Assembly: GCA_040384705.1 (NCBI GenBank) | Contig: JAZKIU010000001.1 | Coordinates: 340,026 to 404,025 of the forward strand | Direction of reading: 5' to 3' | Source: Patescibacteria group bacterium | GTDB taxonomy: Bacteria; Patescibacteriota; Minisyncoccia; Phycocordibacterales; Phycocordibacteraceae | Length of the DNA: 64,000 nucleotides | Shown here: positions 17,733-27,692 of the stretch, one piece after another | Layout: each line of letters opens with the position of its first letter | Position numbering within the stretch: position 1 is the stretch's first letter | Position numbers and translations under genes: made by a program | The notes under the pieces: generated by a model | The model's input: the letters and a program-made list of their open reading frames with translations, nothing else | Databases searched by the model: none | What the model was told of the DNA's origin: nothing

Positions 17733-19001
17733 ATGCTGGATATCCATTTCATCCGGGAGCACGCGGACCTCGTGAAGGCCGGCGCAGCGAAGAAGCGCAT
17801 AGAGGTCGATATCGACCGTCTTCTCGCGGTCGATGACGAGCGTAAGAGTTACCGCCAGGAGCTCGACGAGAAGCGTGCGGAGCAGAACCGGGCGAGCAAC
17901 ATCATCTCCCGCGCGGACGGCGAGGAGAAGCAGAAGCTGCTCGAGGCTATGCGGCACCTTAAAGAAGGAATGGCAGCGACCGAAGAGAAGTACAAGGCGG
18001 CCATGGAGGAGTGGCAGAAGCTCATGCTCATGGTACCGAACATCCCTGATATGTCCGTGCCCGAAGGGGAGAGCGATGCTGATAATAAGGAGGTGAAGGT
18101 GTGGGGAACTGTTCCGGAATTCTCCTTTGCACCGAAAGGGCACGCGGAACTGATGACCGCTGCAGGCATGGCGGACTTCGAGCGAGGCGCAAAGGTCGCG
18201 GGCTTCCGCGGATACTTCCTCAAGGGCGACGGCGTGCTTCTCGCCAACGCGGTCTCGCAGCTCGCGCTCAAGCATTTCTCGAGCAAGGGCCTCGAGCTCA
18301 TGATCGCGCCATCGCTCGTGCGTCGCGAAACCTTCATGGGTACCGGGTATCTCCCGCAAGGCGAGGACGACCTATATAGGACGCAGGATAGCGAATACTT
18401 GGCCGGCACCGCGGAAGTCGCGACCATGGGGTACTACATGGACGAGACGCTCGAGGCGAGCCAACTCCCCCTCAAGTTCCTCTCGTACTCCCAGTGCTTC
18501 CGCAGGGAAGCCGGCGCCCACAGCAAGGACACCAAGGGCCTCATACGCGTGCACGAGTTCTTCAAGTGGGAGCAGGTCGTGCTCGCGGAGGCCTCGCACG
18601 CTACCTCGGTCGAGCTGCATGAATGGATAAACCGCAATACCGAAGAGTTCATGGAGCTACTCAATATCCCGTACCACACGGTGGTGAACTGCGGGGGCGA
18701 CCTCGGACTCGGCCAGGTGAAGAAGTACGACATCGAGCTATGGGTCCCCGCCGAGAAGACGTATAGGGAAATAAGTTCGGCGTCATATTTCCATGACTTC
18801 CAGACCCGGAGGCTCAACATCAGGTATAGGGACACGGAAGGGAAGATGCAATTCGCGCATTCCTTGAACTCGACCGCGGTCCCCTTCCCACGCATCCTCG
18901 TTTCCATCGTCGAGAACTACCAGCAGGAGGATGGTTCGATAAAGGTACCTGAAGCGTTAATTCCGTATGTCGGCAAGGAAATCCTGGGACGTAGAGCGTA
19001 A
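17733..19001 (+). CDS. serS: Seryl-tRNA synthetase
   Basis: N-terminal coiled-coil MLDIHFIREHADLV, class II motifs FRREAGAHSKDTKGLIRVHEF.KWEQV. Confidence 0.9.
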   Translation: MLDIHFIREHADLVKAGAAKKRIEVDIDRLLAVDDERKSYRQELDEKRAEQNRASNIISRADGEEKQKLLEAMRHLKEGMAATEEKYKAAMEEWQKLMLMVPNIPDMSVPEGESDADNKEVKVWGTVPEFSFAPKGHAELMTAAGMADFERGAKVAGFRGYFLKGDGVLLANAVSQLALKHFSSKGLELMIAPSLVRRETFMGTGYLPQGEDDLYRTQDSEYLAGTAEVATMGYYMDETLEASQLPLKFLSYSQCFRREAGAHSKDTKGLIRVHEFFKWEQVVLAEASHATSVELHEWINRNTEEFMELLNIPYHTVVNCGGDLGLGQVKKYDIELWVPAEKTYREISSASYFHDFQTRRLNIRYRDTEGKMQFAHSLNSTAVPFPRILVSIVENYQQEDGSIKVPEALIPYVGKEILGRRA

Positions 19002-19041
19002 GCCGGCAGGGCGCGCATCTGCGCCATCCCGCAATGTCGAG

Positions 19042-19992
19042 ATGACGCGCCGGGCGCCCGCACGCGCTACTGCCGGACGGCAGGCGACGCGTGCGGCAGC
19101 ACCCAAAGCACGACGCGAACGAGCGTCGCCCTTACGTACCAAGCGCAAAGAAAAGCGGAAGCTCCTCTGGATACTTCTCGCTGCCCTCTTCGTCGTACTC
19201 ATTTCCATCGTCATATACGTGCTCTGGCTGCCCGCATTCCGCGTGCAGGCGGTAGACGCGGAAGGTCCCGACCCTGAAGGCATCGCAGTAGCTGCCAAGC
19301 AAGCGCTCGAAGGGAATCAGTACCTCGTGCTTCCCCGTAATTCCATATTCTTCATACCTGAGCGCGATATACGTGCGCGCGTGCTCGAGGCCCATCCGAG
19401 CGTGCAGGCGGTATCAATCTCGGCTACCGGACTGAACTCGCTTCATATAAAGGCACTCACGCGCATAAGCTCGTTCACGTGGTGCGGGGAGTCCGTCGAC
19501 GCTCCGACCGATACCTGTTACGAAGCGGATGCGGAAGGATTGGTATTCGCGCAGCAAGCGTTCGTCGCGACGTCCTCCGAGTCGTTAGCTACTACGACGA
19601 TCATCGCAGCCAAGAAGGCGGCCCCAAGCGCAGAGAGCCAGCTCCTGGTGTACGGACCGCTTGAGCGCGACCCGTCGGCGAGCGAAGGGTCTATGATACG
19701 CGCGCATGTGACGTACGCGTCCGCGCTCCCGGGCGCACTCAAGTTCGTGAAGGCGATGCGCGGGCTCGGTGCAGATATCAGGTCGGTCACGCTCCGTGGC
19801 GATGAGATAGACCTCCATACCAAGGCCGGTACGCGCATTACGTACGTCATCGGCAAGGAAGGGGAAGCGGCGATACTCGCGGCCACCTCGTTCCCCGGCC
19901 TCAAGCTCAACGACGGTTCCATCGAATACGTGGACCTGCGCTTTCAGAACAAGATCTACGTGAAGAGGGTGGGACAGGGCGCAGCCGAATAA
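19042..19992 (+). CDS. FtsQ/DivIB-like cell-division protein (basic N-terminal tail, TM, POTRA-like domain)
   Basis: Arg/Lys-rich N-terminus, TM LLWILLAALFVVLISIVIYVLWL, then a POTRA-like region; the domain call is an inference. Confidence 0.5.
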   Translation: MTRRAPARATAGRQATRAAAPKARRERASPLRTKRKEKRKLLWILLAALFVVLISIVIYVLWLPAFRVQAVDAEGPDPEGIAVAAKQALEGNQYLVLPRNSIFFIPERDIRARVLEAHPSVQAVSISATGLNSLHIKALTRISSFTWCGESVDAPTDTCYEADAEGLVFAQQAFVATSSESLATTTIIAAKKAAPSAESQLLVYGPLERDPSASEGSMIRAHVTYASALPGALKFVKAMRGLGADIRSVTLRGDEIDLHTKAGTRITYVIGKEGEAAILAATSFPGLKLNDGSIEYVDLRFQNKIYVKRVGQGAAE

Positions 19993-20038
19993 GGAAGCGT
20001 CGCTTGTGACGGTACAGGGTATTGGGTAAGGTGCGTAT

Positions 20039-21013
20039 ATGACCTCCTTCTGGAAGGAATTACCAAAGCCGCTCTTCGTACTCGCGCCTATGGCGGACGT
20101 AACCGACCCTGCCTATCGCAGGCTCATCGCGGAGTATGGTGCGCCTGACGTAATGTGGACGGAGTTCGTCTCCGCTGATGGGCTGTATGCGACGCGCGAG
20201 AAGAAGGGGATGAAGGACGAGGAGAACCCGCTCATGCGTGACTTGCAGTTCTCAGCTGGCGAGCATCCCATCGTCGCGCAGCTCTTCTCGAGCAATCCCG
20301 AGATGATGGCGTATGCAGCGAAGCTCTGCGCGAAGCTCGGGTTCGATGGCATCGATATCAATATGGGCTGCCCGGATAAGTCCATCGAGAAGCAGGGGGC
20401 GGGCGCCGCTATGATAAAGGACCCGGAGCGCGCCAAGGAAGTGTTCCGTGCAGCGAGGAGCGCTGGGCTCCCGACGTCGGTAAAGACACGTATCGGGTAC
20501 AACACGGAAACGATGGATGAGTGGCTGTCAGCTATCCTCGAAGAGAAGCCCGACGCGCTCACCGTGCACCTGCGCACCCGCAAGGAGATGTCGAAGGTGC
20601 CCGCGCATTGGGAGCTCATGGAACGTGCCGTCGCTATTCGCGACCGCCTCTCGCCTGAAACAATCATCCTCGGTAACGGGGATGTCATGAACCTTGATGA
20701 TGCGAAGCGAAAGGCAGCGGAGACGGGCGCGGACGGCATAATGCTCGGGCGCGGCATCTTCGGGAATCCGTGGCTCTTCACGGACAAGTCGTTCGAGGCG
20801 ATCACTCCGACGGAGAAGCTCGAGGCACTTCGAGCGCTCGCGCAGTACTTCAGCGAGCTCAAGCCAGCGAAGCATTTCCATATATTGAAGAAGCACTTCA
20901 AGGCGTTCGTGAACGGATGGAGCGGGGCAGCGGAACTGCGCGCAAAACTGATGGAGACCAATACCTATGACGAGCTCGCCCGGGTATTGAAGAAAGCGGG
21001 GGAAGGTATATAG
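20039..21013 (+). CDS. dus: tRNA-dihydrouridine synthase
   Basis: LAPMADVTDPAYRRL...GIDINMGCPDKSIEKQGAGAAM Dus family FMN-binding signature. Confidence 0.85.
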   Translation: MTSFWKELPKPLFVLAPMADVTDPAYRRLIAEYGAPDVMWTEFVSADGLYATREKKGMKDEENPLMRDLQFSAGEHPIVAQLFSSNPEMMAYAAKLCAKLGFDGIDINMGCPDKSIEKQGAGAAMIKDPERAKEVFRAARSAGLPTSVKTRIGYNTETMDEWLSAILEEKPDALTVHLRTRKEMSKVPAHWELMERAVAIRDRLSPETIILGNGDVMNLDDAKRKAAETGADGIMLGRGIFGNPWLFTDKSFEAITPTEKLEALRALAQYFSELKPAKHFHILKKHFKAFVNGWSGAAELRAKLMETNTYDELARVLKKAGEGI

Positions 21014-21034
21014 TCCAGCCAGAGGAGACCGCAA

Positions 21035-21241
21035 ATGAGCACAACCCTTCCGATGACGGGCCAGGATCCTCTGGGTGACCTGGTAAAGCTGATGCAGCGC
21101 TGGTATGACGACGGCATGCCGACCGACATGATAGTCACGCGCATACGGGCCGAAGGCAAGATGTACAAGGAGATGGGCGTTCCTGCGCCCGAGCTCGAAC
21201 GGCTCGAGCAGAATCTGGTGGAGAACGGGCATCCGCACTAA
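21035..21241 (+). CDS. Small hypothetical protein (68 aa)
   Basis: ORF with RBS-like aggagac upstream; no motif. Confidence 0.3.
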   Translation: MSTTLPMTGQDPLGDLVKLMQRWYDDGMPTDMIVTRIRAEGKMYKEMGVPAPELERLEQNLVENGHPH

Positions 21242-21330
21242 TCCCCGCCGTGCGCACTAGACCCGGTCGCTCTGGCGGCCGGGTTCTTCGTATCTGGGCT
21301 GGCTCAAGACCCCGCGGTATACTCCAGGGA

Positions 21331-22377
21331 ATGGCGCACCAGTCCCTCTATCGCACCTACCGGCCGAAACGATTCGAGGATATCGTCGGGCAGGACCAAG
21401 TGGTGGCTCCGCTCATCGAGCAGATAAAGGTGGAGAAGGTCGGGCACGCATTCCTGTTCGCAGGCTCCCGTGGGCTCGGCAAGACCTCTATCGCGCGCAT
21501 ATTCGCTCGCGAGCTCGGTACGAGCGATCGCGACCTGTATGAGATAGACGCAGCGTCGCATAACGGCGTCGACTACATCCGCGAGCTCACGGAGAATATC
21601 TATACGCTCCCGTTCGAATCGAAGTACAAGGTATACATCCTCGACGAGGCGCACATGCTCTCGAAGGGCGCTTGGAACGCGTTCCTTAAGACGCTCGAGG
21701 AACCACCTGCGCACGCCATTTTCATACTTGCTACGACCGAGCGGGAGAAAGTTCCTGAGACCGTCGAGTCACGCTGCCAGGTATATGACTTCAAGAAGCC
21801 AACGCGTTCCATTCTCGCCAAGACCGTCGTCGATATCGCGAAGAAGGAAGGATATGCGCTCGAAGCCGCAGGAGCGGAGCTCATCGCGCTCTTGGGAGAT
21901 GGATCGTACCGGGATGCGCTTTCGGTACTGGAGAAAGTGCTTGCGTCGGTGACGGACAAGAAGGTCTCGCGCGAGGATGTGGAGCGCGCGACAGGTGCGC
22001 CCAAGCATTCGCTTGTACTCACCCTACTGAAATCTCTTGCTGAAGGGAACCAGGGCGACGCTCTGATGGCTATTCGCACTGCGGATAGCGCAGGAGTCGA
22101 CATGCAGCTATACCTCACGCTGCTCCTCGAGGCGCTCCGTCACGTGCTGCTCATCCGACATGCGCCCGAACTGAAAACGGAACTCGCTACCGAGCTGGGC
22201 TCCGACGCGTACGGGGAATTGGAAACGCTCGCTAAAGCTGCTGGATCCCGGATATCGCACGCGACGCTCCATACATTCCTCGATGCTGCGTCGCGCATAC
22301 GCTTCTCTCCGGTGCCAGCCCTTCCGCTCGAACTCGCCGTGCTCGAGCTCATGAACCATGCAGCCGACAACGCGTGA
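21331..22377 (+). CDS. dnaX: DNA polymerase III gamma/tau subunit, short form (347 aa)
   Basis: YRPKRFEDIVGQD...FLFAGSRGLGKTSIARIFAREL Walker A; ILDEAHML; SRCQ. Confidence 0.8.
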   Translation: MAHQSLYRTYRPKRFEDIVGQDQVVAPLIEQIKVEKVGHAFLFAGSRGLGKTSIARIFARELGTSDRDLYEIDAASHNGVDYIRELTENIYTLPFESKYKVYILDEAHMLSKGAWNAFLKTLEEPPAHAIFILATTEREKVPETVESRCQVYDFKKPTRSILAKTVVDIAKKEGYALEAAGAELIALLGDGSYRDALSVLEKVLASVTDKKVSREDVERATGAPKHSLVLTLLKSLAEGNQGDALMAIRTADSAGVDMQLYLTLLLEALRHVLLIRHAPELKTELATELGSDAYGELETLAKAAGSRISHATLHTFLDAASRIRFSPVPALPLELAVLELMNHAADNA

Positions 22378-23299
22378 GCAGGTATTTAAATACGGTCTTC
22401 CGATTGCCGTAGTCGGTCTTGTTGCAGCTGGTGCCGCTGCGTTCGGGCAGGGAATCGATGTATCCAAGCTCGATGTCAGGACGCTCTTCGAACCTGCGTG
22501 CGAGCACCCTATCCAGTACACGCTCGGAGCGTTCGACGAGCGGTTCGGCATAACGCGCACGGAGTTCGAATCCGCGCTTGCGGAAGCGGCTTCACTTTGG
22601 AACGCAGCAGCCGGCAAGGTGGTCGTAGAGAGAGGCGAAACGAATGCAGTCGTGGTGAATCTCGCATATGGCGAGCATCAGCAGAACGCGCAGCTGGGGC
22701 AAGCGATCGATGCCGAGCAGAACGCGTACGCGGCGAAGCGAGCGGAAGTCGAAGCCACGCGAAGTAAATACCTCACGCTACGTACTCGCTTCGAAGCGAG
22801 CGAGGCTGCGTTCAAGCGGGACAATGAGAAGTACGATGAGTCGGTAGCGTATTGGAACGCGCGTGGAGGTGCGCCCCCGGACGAGTACGAGAAGCTCCAG
22901 GAGGAACAGCGCTCCCTCGAACGGAAGCAGCGCGCGCTCAATGCGCTCGTGGATGAGGTGAACACGCTCGCTAAAAGATTGGGAACGGAAGTCGATGAGC
23001 TCAACGAGCTGGTGCGAGCGACGAACGCGAAGGTGAATGTCTATAACGAGGACGCGGGCAGCGACTTCAACCAGGGAACATATATTTCAGACGAAAACGG
23101 TGAGCGCATCAATATCTACGAGTTCACGAACAAGCGGGAGCTCAAACGTGTGCTCGCGCATGAGTTCGGCCATGCGCTCGGTATCGATGGGCATGTGGAG
23201 AATCCGGAATCCATCATGTATTCGTACAATATCGATTCGACGCTTGAGCTTACTGGCGAAGACATCGCAGCGCTAAAGATAACGTGCGAGTTGGAATAG
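22358..23299 (+). CDS. Membrane-anchored metzincin-like zinc metallopeptidase with coiled-coil region
   Basis: N-terminal TM; HEFGHALGIDGH fits HExxHxxGxxH; overlaps the dnaX 3' end by 20 nt. Confidence 0.6.
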   Translation: MQPTTREQVFKYGLPIAVVGLVAAGAAAFGQGIDVSKLDVRTLFEPACEHPIQYTLGAFDERFGITRTEFESALAEAASLWNAAAGKVVVERGETNAVVVNLAYGEHQQNAQLGQAIDAEQNAYAAKRAEVEATRSKYLTLRTRFEASEAAFKRDNEKYDESVAYWNARGGAPPDEYEKLQEEQRSLERKQRALNALVDEVNTLAKRLGTEVDELNELVRATNAKVNVYNEDAGSDFNQGTYISDENGERINIYEFTNKRELKRVLAHEFGHALGIDGHVENPESIMYSYNIDSTLELTGEDIAALKITCELE

Positions 23300-23412
23300 T
23301 ATTCAGCAATCATGCGCAAGCTTGTATCATGGCTTACTACGCATTAAAGTGAGGTCAAGCACGACTCTTAACCGCAAGATAAGCGGTTGGATTGCGGGAA
23401 TCGTCGCCCATT

Positions 23413-23485
23413 TGGGGAGTGGTGTAACTGGTAACACGTCTGCCTTTGAAGCAGAAGACTCTAGGATCGTACCCTAGCTCCCCAG
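23413..23485 (+). tRNA. tRNA-Gln (anticodon TTG)
   Basis: TGGGGAGTGGTGTAACTGGTAACACGTCTGCCTTTGAAGCAGAAGACTCTAGGATCGTACCCTAGCTCCCCAG: acceptor TGGGGAG/CTCCCCA, D stem GTGT/ACAC, anticodon stem TCTGC/GCAGA with loop CTTTGAA, T stem CTAGG/CCTAG; T loop ATCGTAC is slightly atypical. Confidence 0.7.
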
Positions 23486-24184
23486 CAAAAGTGCTTCATC
23501 TCGAGTGACCCGCGTGCCACTTGCGGCAATACAGGCAGCGATACGCATGTGCACCACTACGCAAACGCCTCGCCTCGCGAGCAGCACTGGCTTCATTCCG
23601 GTGTGCGACCTTTCTCCAGCATCCTCTATACCGGCGCCAGAAGAAGCGGAAAATAGCTCGTATGGTGCTCATGATACGTGATCCATAACAGGACACAGTA
23701 TACCGGCTGCAAGTACTCCCATGCGCAAAGAGAAACGCCACCCCGAAGGGTGACGCCTAGAACATCTAACTCGTTTAGATAATCCTTCTTCCGCGACTGA
23801 GCGCATAGCCCGAGCCGCGGTGCTCTCTAAGCGGCAAGGGGAAGCGCGCCTGCTGCTCCGAACTCAAAAGGCCTCGAAGCAGTCCAGCAGTCGACCAATA
23901 CCGGGCTCGATACTGGCTGTAGCGGCTGGCATAGCGTTCAAGGTTCAGAAGAAGGACCGACACCTGCCTCCACTTCTTCTGCCGTCGAATCGTCTTTCTC
24001 CGCGTTCGTTGAGCATTCCGGCGCGATCGCTCCGCGTCTTGCTTGCGCATGTGCACCTCCAAAAATCTGCTTGGACTATATACCAGCCGAGGAATGCAGC
24101 AAACATGGAATGGCCGGAAGGGATGAGTGTTGTTTTTTATAAAACTTATGATATAATCAGTGCACTAACACCAACTATCTACTC

Positions 24185-24694
24185 ATGAGTGAATTCAAGA
24201 AGGGAGGCAATTTCAGCAAGGGACCACGTTCCGGTGGCTTCAATAAGGGAGGATTCAGCCGCCCGAGCTTCGGCGGAGGGAGTCGTCCCGGTGGCCGCGA
24301 CCAGGGCGAACGCACCGAGACCTTCAAGGCTACCTGCAGCAAGTGTCGCGCTGCCTGCGATGTGCCCTTCCGTCCCAACGGAAAGAAGCCCGTGTACTGC
24401 AAGGACTGCTTCGTCCGCGATGACGCGCGTCCAACCTCGAACTCATTCGAGAAGCGCAGCTATGGTCCCGAGCGCCCGATGTCGCGCCCAGCAGTACCTG
24501 TCGAGGATCCTCGCATCGGCGCCATGCAGAAGGAGCTTGCTGCTGTGCACGCTAAGCTCGACACCCTCATACTGACGCTCGAAGGTGCCGCGTACTCCTC
24601 CATTCTCGCAGGCTCGGTCGCGAAGGCGGAAAAGACCAAGAAGGAAGAGAAGGCAGCTCCCGCAAAGAAAGTAGCAAAGAAAAAGGCTGCGTAG
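24185..24694 (+). CDS. Gly/Arg-rich protein with CxxC...CxxC zinc ribbon and Lys-rich tail
   Basis: KGGNFSKGPRSGGFNKGGFSRPSFGGGSRPGGRDQ; CSKCRAACDV...YCKDCFV; C-terminal KKEEKAAPAKKVAKKKAA. Confidence 0.5.
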   Translation: MSEFKKGGNFSKGPRSGGFNKGGFSRPSFGGGSRPGGRDQGERTETFKATCSKCRAACDVPFRPNGKKPVYCKDCFVRDDARPTSNSFEKRSYGPERPMSRPAVPVEDPRIGAMQKELAAVHAKLDTLILTLEGAAYSSILAGSVAKAEKTKKEEKAAPAKKVAKKKAA

Positions 24695-24744
24695 ATTCAA
24701 GAATGAAAAGAGGCGGTCCGAACGGACCGCCTCTTTTCATTTAT

Positions 24745-25086
24745 CTATACATCCTTCCCGTTGAACGGTGCGGGGGTAAGCGACTCGATATCCACCTCAT
24801 CGAGGCATCGCACGTTGACCATCATCTTCGGGAATGTCACTCCCTCGGCGTACGACTGCGTACCGCAGATCCGGCAGAAGAGATGGCGAATGGCCTTCTT
24901 ATTGAAGAGATACTCCGTGAGCTCGCTCTCTCCGCTCAGAAGCTTGAATTTTTCTTTATCTACCGCACCCAGGATAAAGCCTTTCTTGTGGCAGTGGGAG
25001 CAATTGCACACGATGAGCTTCTCGAGGTCCATCTCGACCTCGTAGCGCACCGCACCGCAATGGCATCCGCCGGAATAGGTAGTCAT
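24745..25086 (-). CDS. GFA/CENP-V family zinc-binding protein
   Basis: CHCGAVRYEV...CNCSHCHKKG...FCRICGT Cys pattern of the GFA fold. Confidence 0.7.
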   Translation of the reverse strand: MTTYSGGCHCGAVRYEVEMDLEKLIVCNCSHCHKKGFILGAVDKEKFKLLSGESELTEYLFNKKAIRHLFCRICGTQSYAEGVTFPKMMVNVRCLDEVDIESLTPAPFNGKDV

Positions 25087-25140
25087 GAGGGTCAGTGTAG
25101 GTCACTCGGCACGCGCTCGCAATCGGGCTATCATGAACCG

Positions 25141-25401
25141 ATGCAGGAAGATCCCTACTACGTATACATGCTGAAGTGCGCGGACGGCACGCTCTATACC
25201 GGCATAACCAACGACGTAGAGAAGCGCTTGGAGACGCACAACACCTCCAAGCAAGGAGCGCGCTACACCAAGTCACGCCGCCCCGTCACACTCTGCTACG
25301 AGGAGAAGTGCTTGGATAAGAGCGCCGCGCTCAAGCGGGAGTACGAGGTACGGCAGCTGACCCGGGTACAGAAGCTCGAGCTCATCGCAGTAGCTCCATA
25401 A
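25141..25401 (+). CDS. GIY-YIG nuclease superfamily protein (UPF0213/YhbQ-like)
   Basis: YYVYMLKCADGTLYTGITNDVEKRLETHN...GARYTKSRRPVTLCYEE. Confidence 0.7.
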   Translation: MQEDPYYVYMLKCADGTLYTGITNDVEKRLETHNTSKQGARYTKSRRPVTLCYEEKCLDKSAALKREYEVRQLTRVQKLELIAVAP

Positions 25402-25425
25402 GCCGGACTCGGTATACTAGAGGAT

Positions 25426-26013
25426 ATGAACAAGCCACTTCGCAGCCTCATCCTCATAGTGCTCGCAATCGCTATCGTGGGCGCCGGAGCCTACGCGCTC
25501 TATACGAAAAAAGCCCTGTCACCTACCGGACCTGCTCCCGCGGCAGTGTCAGGCAAGCAGTACATGGACGCGGAACGCGGTTTCTCGTTCCAGTACCCGA
25601 CCTTCTATGAGCTCTTCGAGCGCGAGGCAGGGACCGCAGAGCGCGAGCGTCACACGATCACGCTCATACGTGAAAGCGATACCGTTCCAGTAGAGGGCGG
25701 CGAAGGCCCGACCGCCATAAGCATCGATATCATCCAGAACGATATCGACAAGCAGTCGATCATGGATTGGATGACAAATAGAACGGAGGAATCGAACTTT
25801 AACCTCGGTGATGGAAACTATACGAGCACGACAGTCGGTGGCGCGGACGCGCTCGTCTACAACTGGTCAGGCCTCTATGAAGGGAAGACGACCGTCTTCG
25901 CGCACGGCGACGATATCATCGCAGTCTCCGTCACCTGGCTGACTCCCACCGACGGCATGCTTGCCGACTATGACCGTCTCCTTAAGTCGTTCGCGTTCGA
26001 TCCAAAGGGATAG
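25426..26013 (+). CDS. Membrane-anchored hypothetical protein
   Basis: N-terminal TM LILIVLAIAIVGAGAYALY; no motif. Confidence 0.45.
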   Translation: MNKPLRSLILIVLAIAIVGAGAYALYTKKALSPTGPAPAAVSGKQYMDAERGFSFQYPTFYELFEREAGTAERERHTITLIRESDTVPVEGGEGPTAISIDIIQNDIDKQSIMDWMTNRTEESNFNLGDGNYTSTTVGGADALVYNWSGLYEGKTTVFAHGDDIIAVSVTWLTPTDGMLADYDRLLKSFAFDPKG

Positions 26014-26331
26014 ATGCAGAGCCCGTTCACGCTGAAGATATACGAGATCGCACGCCGAATCCCCAAGGGGAAGGTAGCGACGTACGGTCAGCTAGCGGCG
26101 CTCGCAGGGAATGCGAAAGCTGCGAGAGCGGTCGGTATGGCGATGCGCCACAATCCCGATGTTCCGAAGACACCGTGCCATCGTGTGGTGGGCGCGGGCG
26201 GCGCGCTCGGAGGGTACAGCGCCGGTATGGGCATCCACACCAAACGGAAGATGCTCGAAGCGGAAGGAGTCGTCTTCAAGGGTATCCGCGTGGATCTCTT
26301 GAAGTCGCAGTGGCGACCTAATCGAGCTTGA
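26014..26331 (+). CDS. Methylated-DNA-protein-cysteine methyltransferase, DNA-binding/catalytic domain only
   Basis: PCHRVV active-site motif; 105 aa single-domain form. Confidence 0.7.
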   Translation: MQSPFTLKIYEIARRIPKGKVATYGQLAALAGNAKAARAVGMAMRHNPDVPKTPCHRVVGAGGALGGYSAGMGIHTKRKMLEAEGVVFKGIRVDLLKSQWRPNRA

Positions 26332-27103
26332 GGGAAGCGAGGAGGGTGGCGAGCTCTTTCCCTTCGAGTCTACGGTACGCGCCCGGCTTGAGCGGCTCCA
26401 CCGGGATATTCATGATACGGACACGCTTGAGGTCAGCTACCTCATTGAAGAGCGCAACCACCATGCGACGCACCTGGTGCGACTTCCCTTCGGTAATGGC
26501 GATGCGGAAGCGGTTCTCACCGAGCACCGTGACTTTGGCGGGCTTGGTGATGTATCCCTCGATATCCACGCCGTTCTCCATCTTCTCCTTGAAGCTCTCG
26601 CGGAGCGGCTTCTTCGTGGTGACTTCGTATACCTTCTCATGCTCGTATTCAGGGTTCAGAAGGCGGTCGGTGATACGGCCGTCGTTCGTGAGCAGAATGA
26701 GGCCGCGCGATGGCTTATCGAGCCTACCGACCGGGAAGAGCTTTAGGCGCTTGAGGTCGCCGGGGAGCGAGCTGATGACGTCATCGGTCCCGGTACCCTC
26801 CTTGTGCGTGTCCATCCCCTTAGGCTTATTGAACGCGAGGTATACGTAGTTCTGCGGCTTGCGGAAGCGTACATCCACGGTGTCCGTCTCGTTCACCTTG
26901 TCACCGAGCTGCGCCCGCTTCCCGTTGATGAGGACGACGCCTTTCTCAATGAGCTCATCGGCGCCGCGGCGCGTCGAATGGCCCTTGAGAGCAAGGTACT
27001 GGTTGATGCGCATTGGATAGGTCGGTGCTGTAGCTGCCGGCTGTACCTTGCGGACGGTCTTCTTAGGAGCGGCTTTCTTCTTCATAGCAGTACCATAGCG
27101 CAC
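26318..27103 (-). CDS. Pseudouridine synthase, RsuA/RluB family, with S4 domain
   Basis: MRINQYLALKGHSTRRGADELI S4; PVGRLDKPSRGLILLTNDG catalytic motif. Confidence 0.8.
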   Translation of the reverse strand: MRYGTAMKKKAAPKKTVRKVQPAATAPTYPMRINQYLALKGHSTRRGADELIEKGVVLINGKRAQLGDKVNETDTVDVRFRKPQNYVYLAFNKPKGMDTHKEGTGTDDVISSLPGDLKRLKLFPVGRLDKPSRGLILLTNDGRITDRLLNPEYEHEKVYEVTTKKPLRESFKEKMENGVDIEGYITKPAKVTVLGENRFRIAITEGKSHQVRRMVVALFNEVADLKRVRIMNIPVEPLKPGAYRRLEGKELATLLASLKLD

Positions 27104-27128
27104 CCCAGCTCATTGGTATACTTGCCGC

Positions 27129-27692
27129 ATGCGAGAAATAGAAGTTAAGGCCCGGGTCTCGGAGCCAGCCAAGCTGATAGAGAAGCTCGAGGCGCTAGGC
27201 TGCGTATTCACCGATCCGGTAAGCCAGGAAGATATCATCTTCGTTCGAGAGCCTGGTTCGTCGGTGGATGAGTATCTTGAGAATCATCACTTCCTCCGGT
27301 TGCGCACCTTAGGCGATGGTCGAACTATCTTTACCGCCAAGCACAATCCAAGCCGGAAGCATTTCGGCGATACCGTAACGACCGAGCATGAGACCGAGAT
27401 CGCCTCCCGCGACATCATGGCGGATATCATCTTGATGCTCGGCTTCACCGAAGCGGTGCGGGTTACAAAGCATAGGCGCACCGCCAAGCTGGATGAGTTC
27501 GAGATTTGCTTGGACGAGCTCCCTGGCATCGGCTCCTTCATCGAGGTGGAGCGGTGCGTAGCAGATGACTCCGAACACGATGCAATCGTCGCGTCCATGC
27601 ATGCGCTCCTTTCGGAGCTCGGGATTGCGGAGGAGGATAAGAAAGTGAAGCGATACGATATACAGATGCTTGACCTACACTATGGAAATTAA
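27129..27692 (+). CDS. CYTH-domain protein (class IV adenylate cyclase / triphosphatase fold)
   Basis: MREIEVKARV N-terminal ExExK signature. Confidence 0.6.
   Translation: MREIEVKARVSEPAKLIEKLEALGCVFTDPVSQEDIIFVREPGSSVDEYLENHHFLRLRTLGDGRTIFTAKHNPSRKHFGDTVTTEHETEIASRDIMADIILMLGFTEAVRVTKHRRTAKLDEFEICLDELPGIGSFIEVERCVADDSEHDAIVASMHALLSELGIAEEDKKVKRYDIQMLDLHYGN

Noticed and set aside
23496-24062. Two in-frame Arg-rich minus-strand ORFs after tRNA-Gln as real genes
   Set aside because: Extreme Arg/Tyr/Ser composition, an internal stop between them, and no RBS. Reported only as a possible pseudogene or non-coding region.
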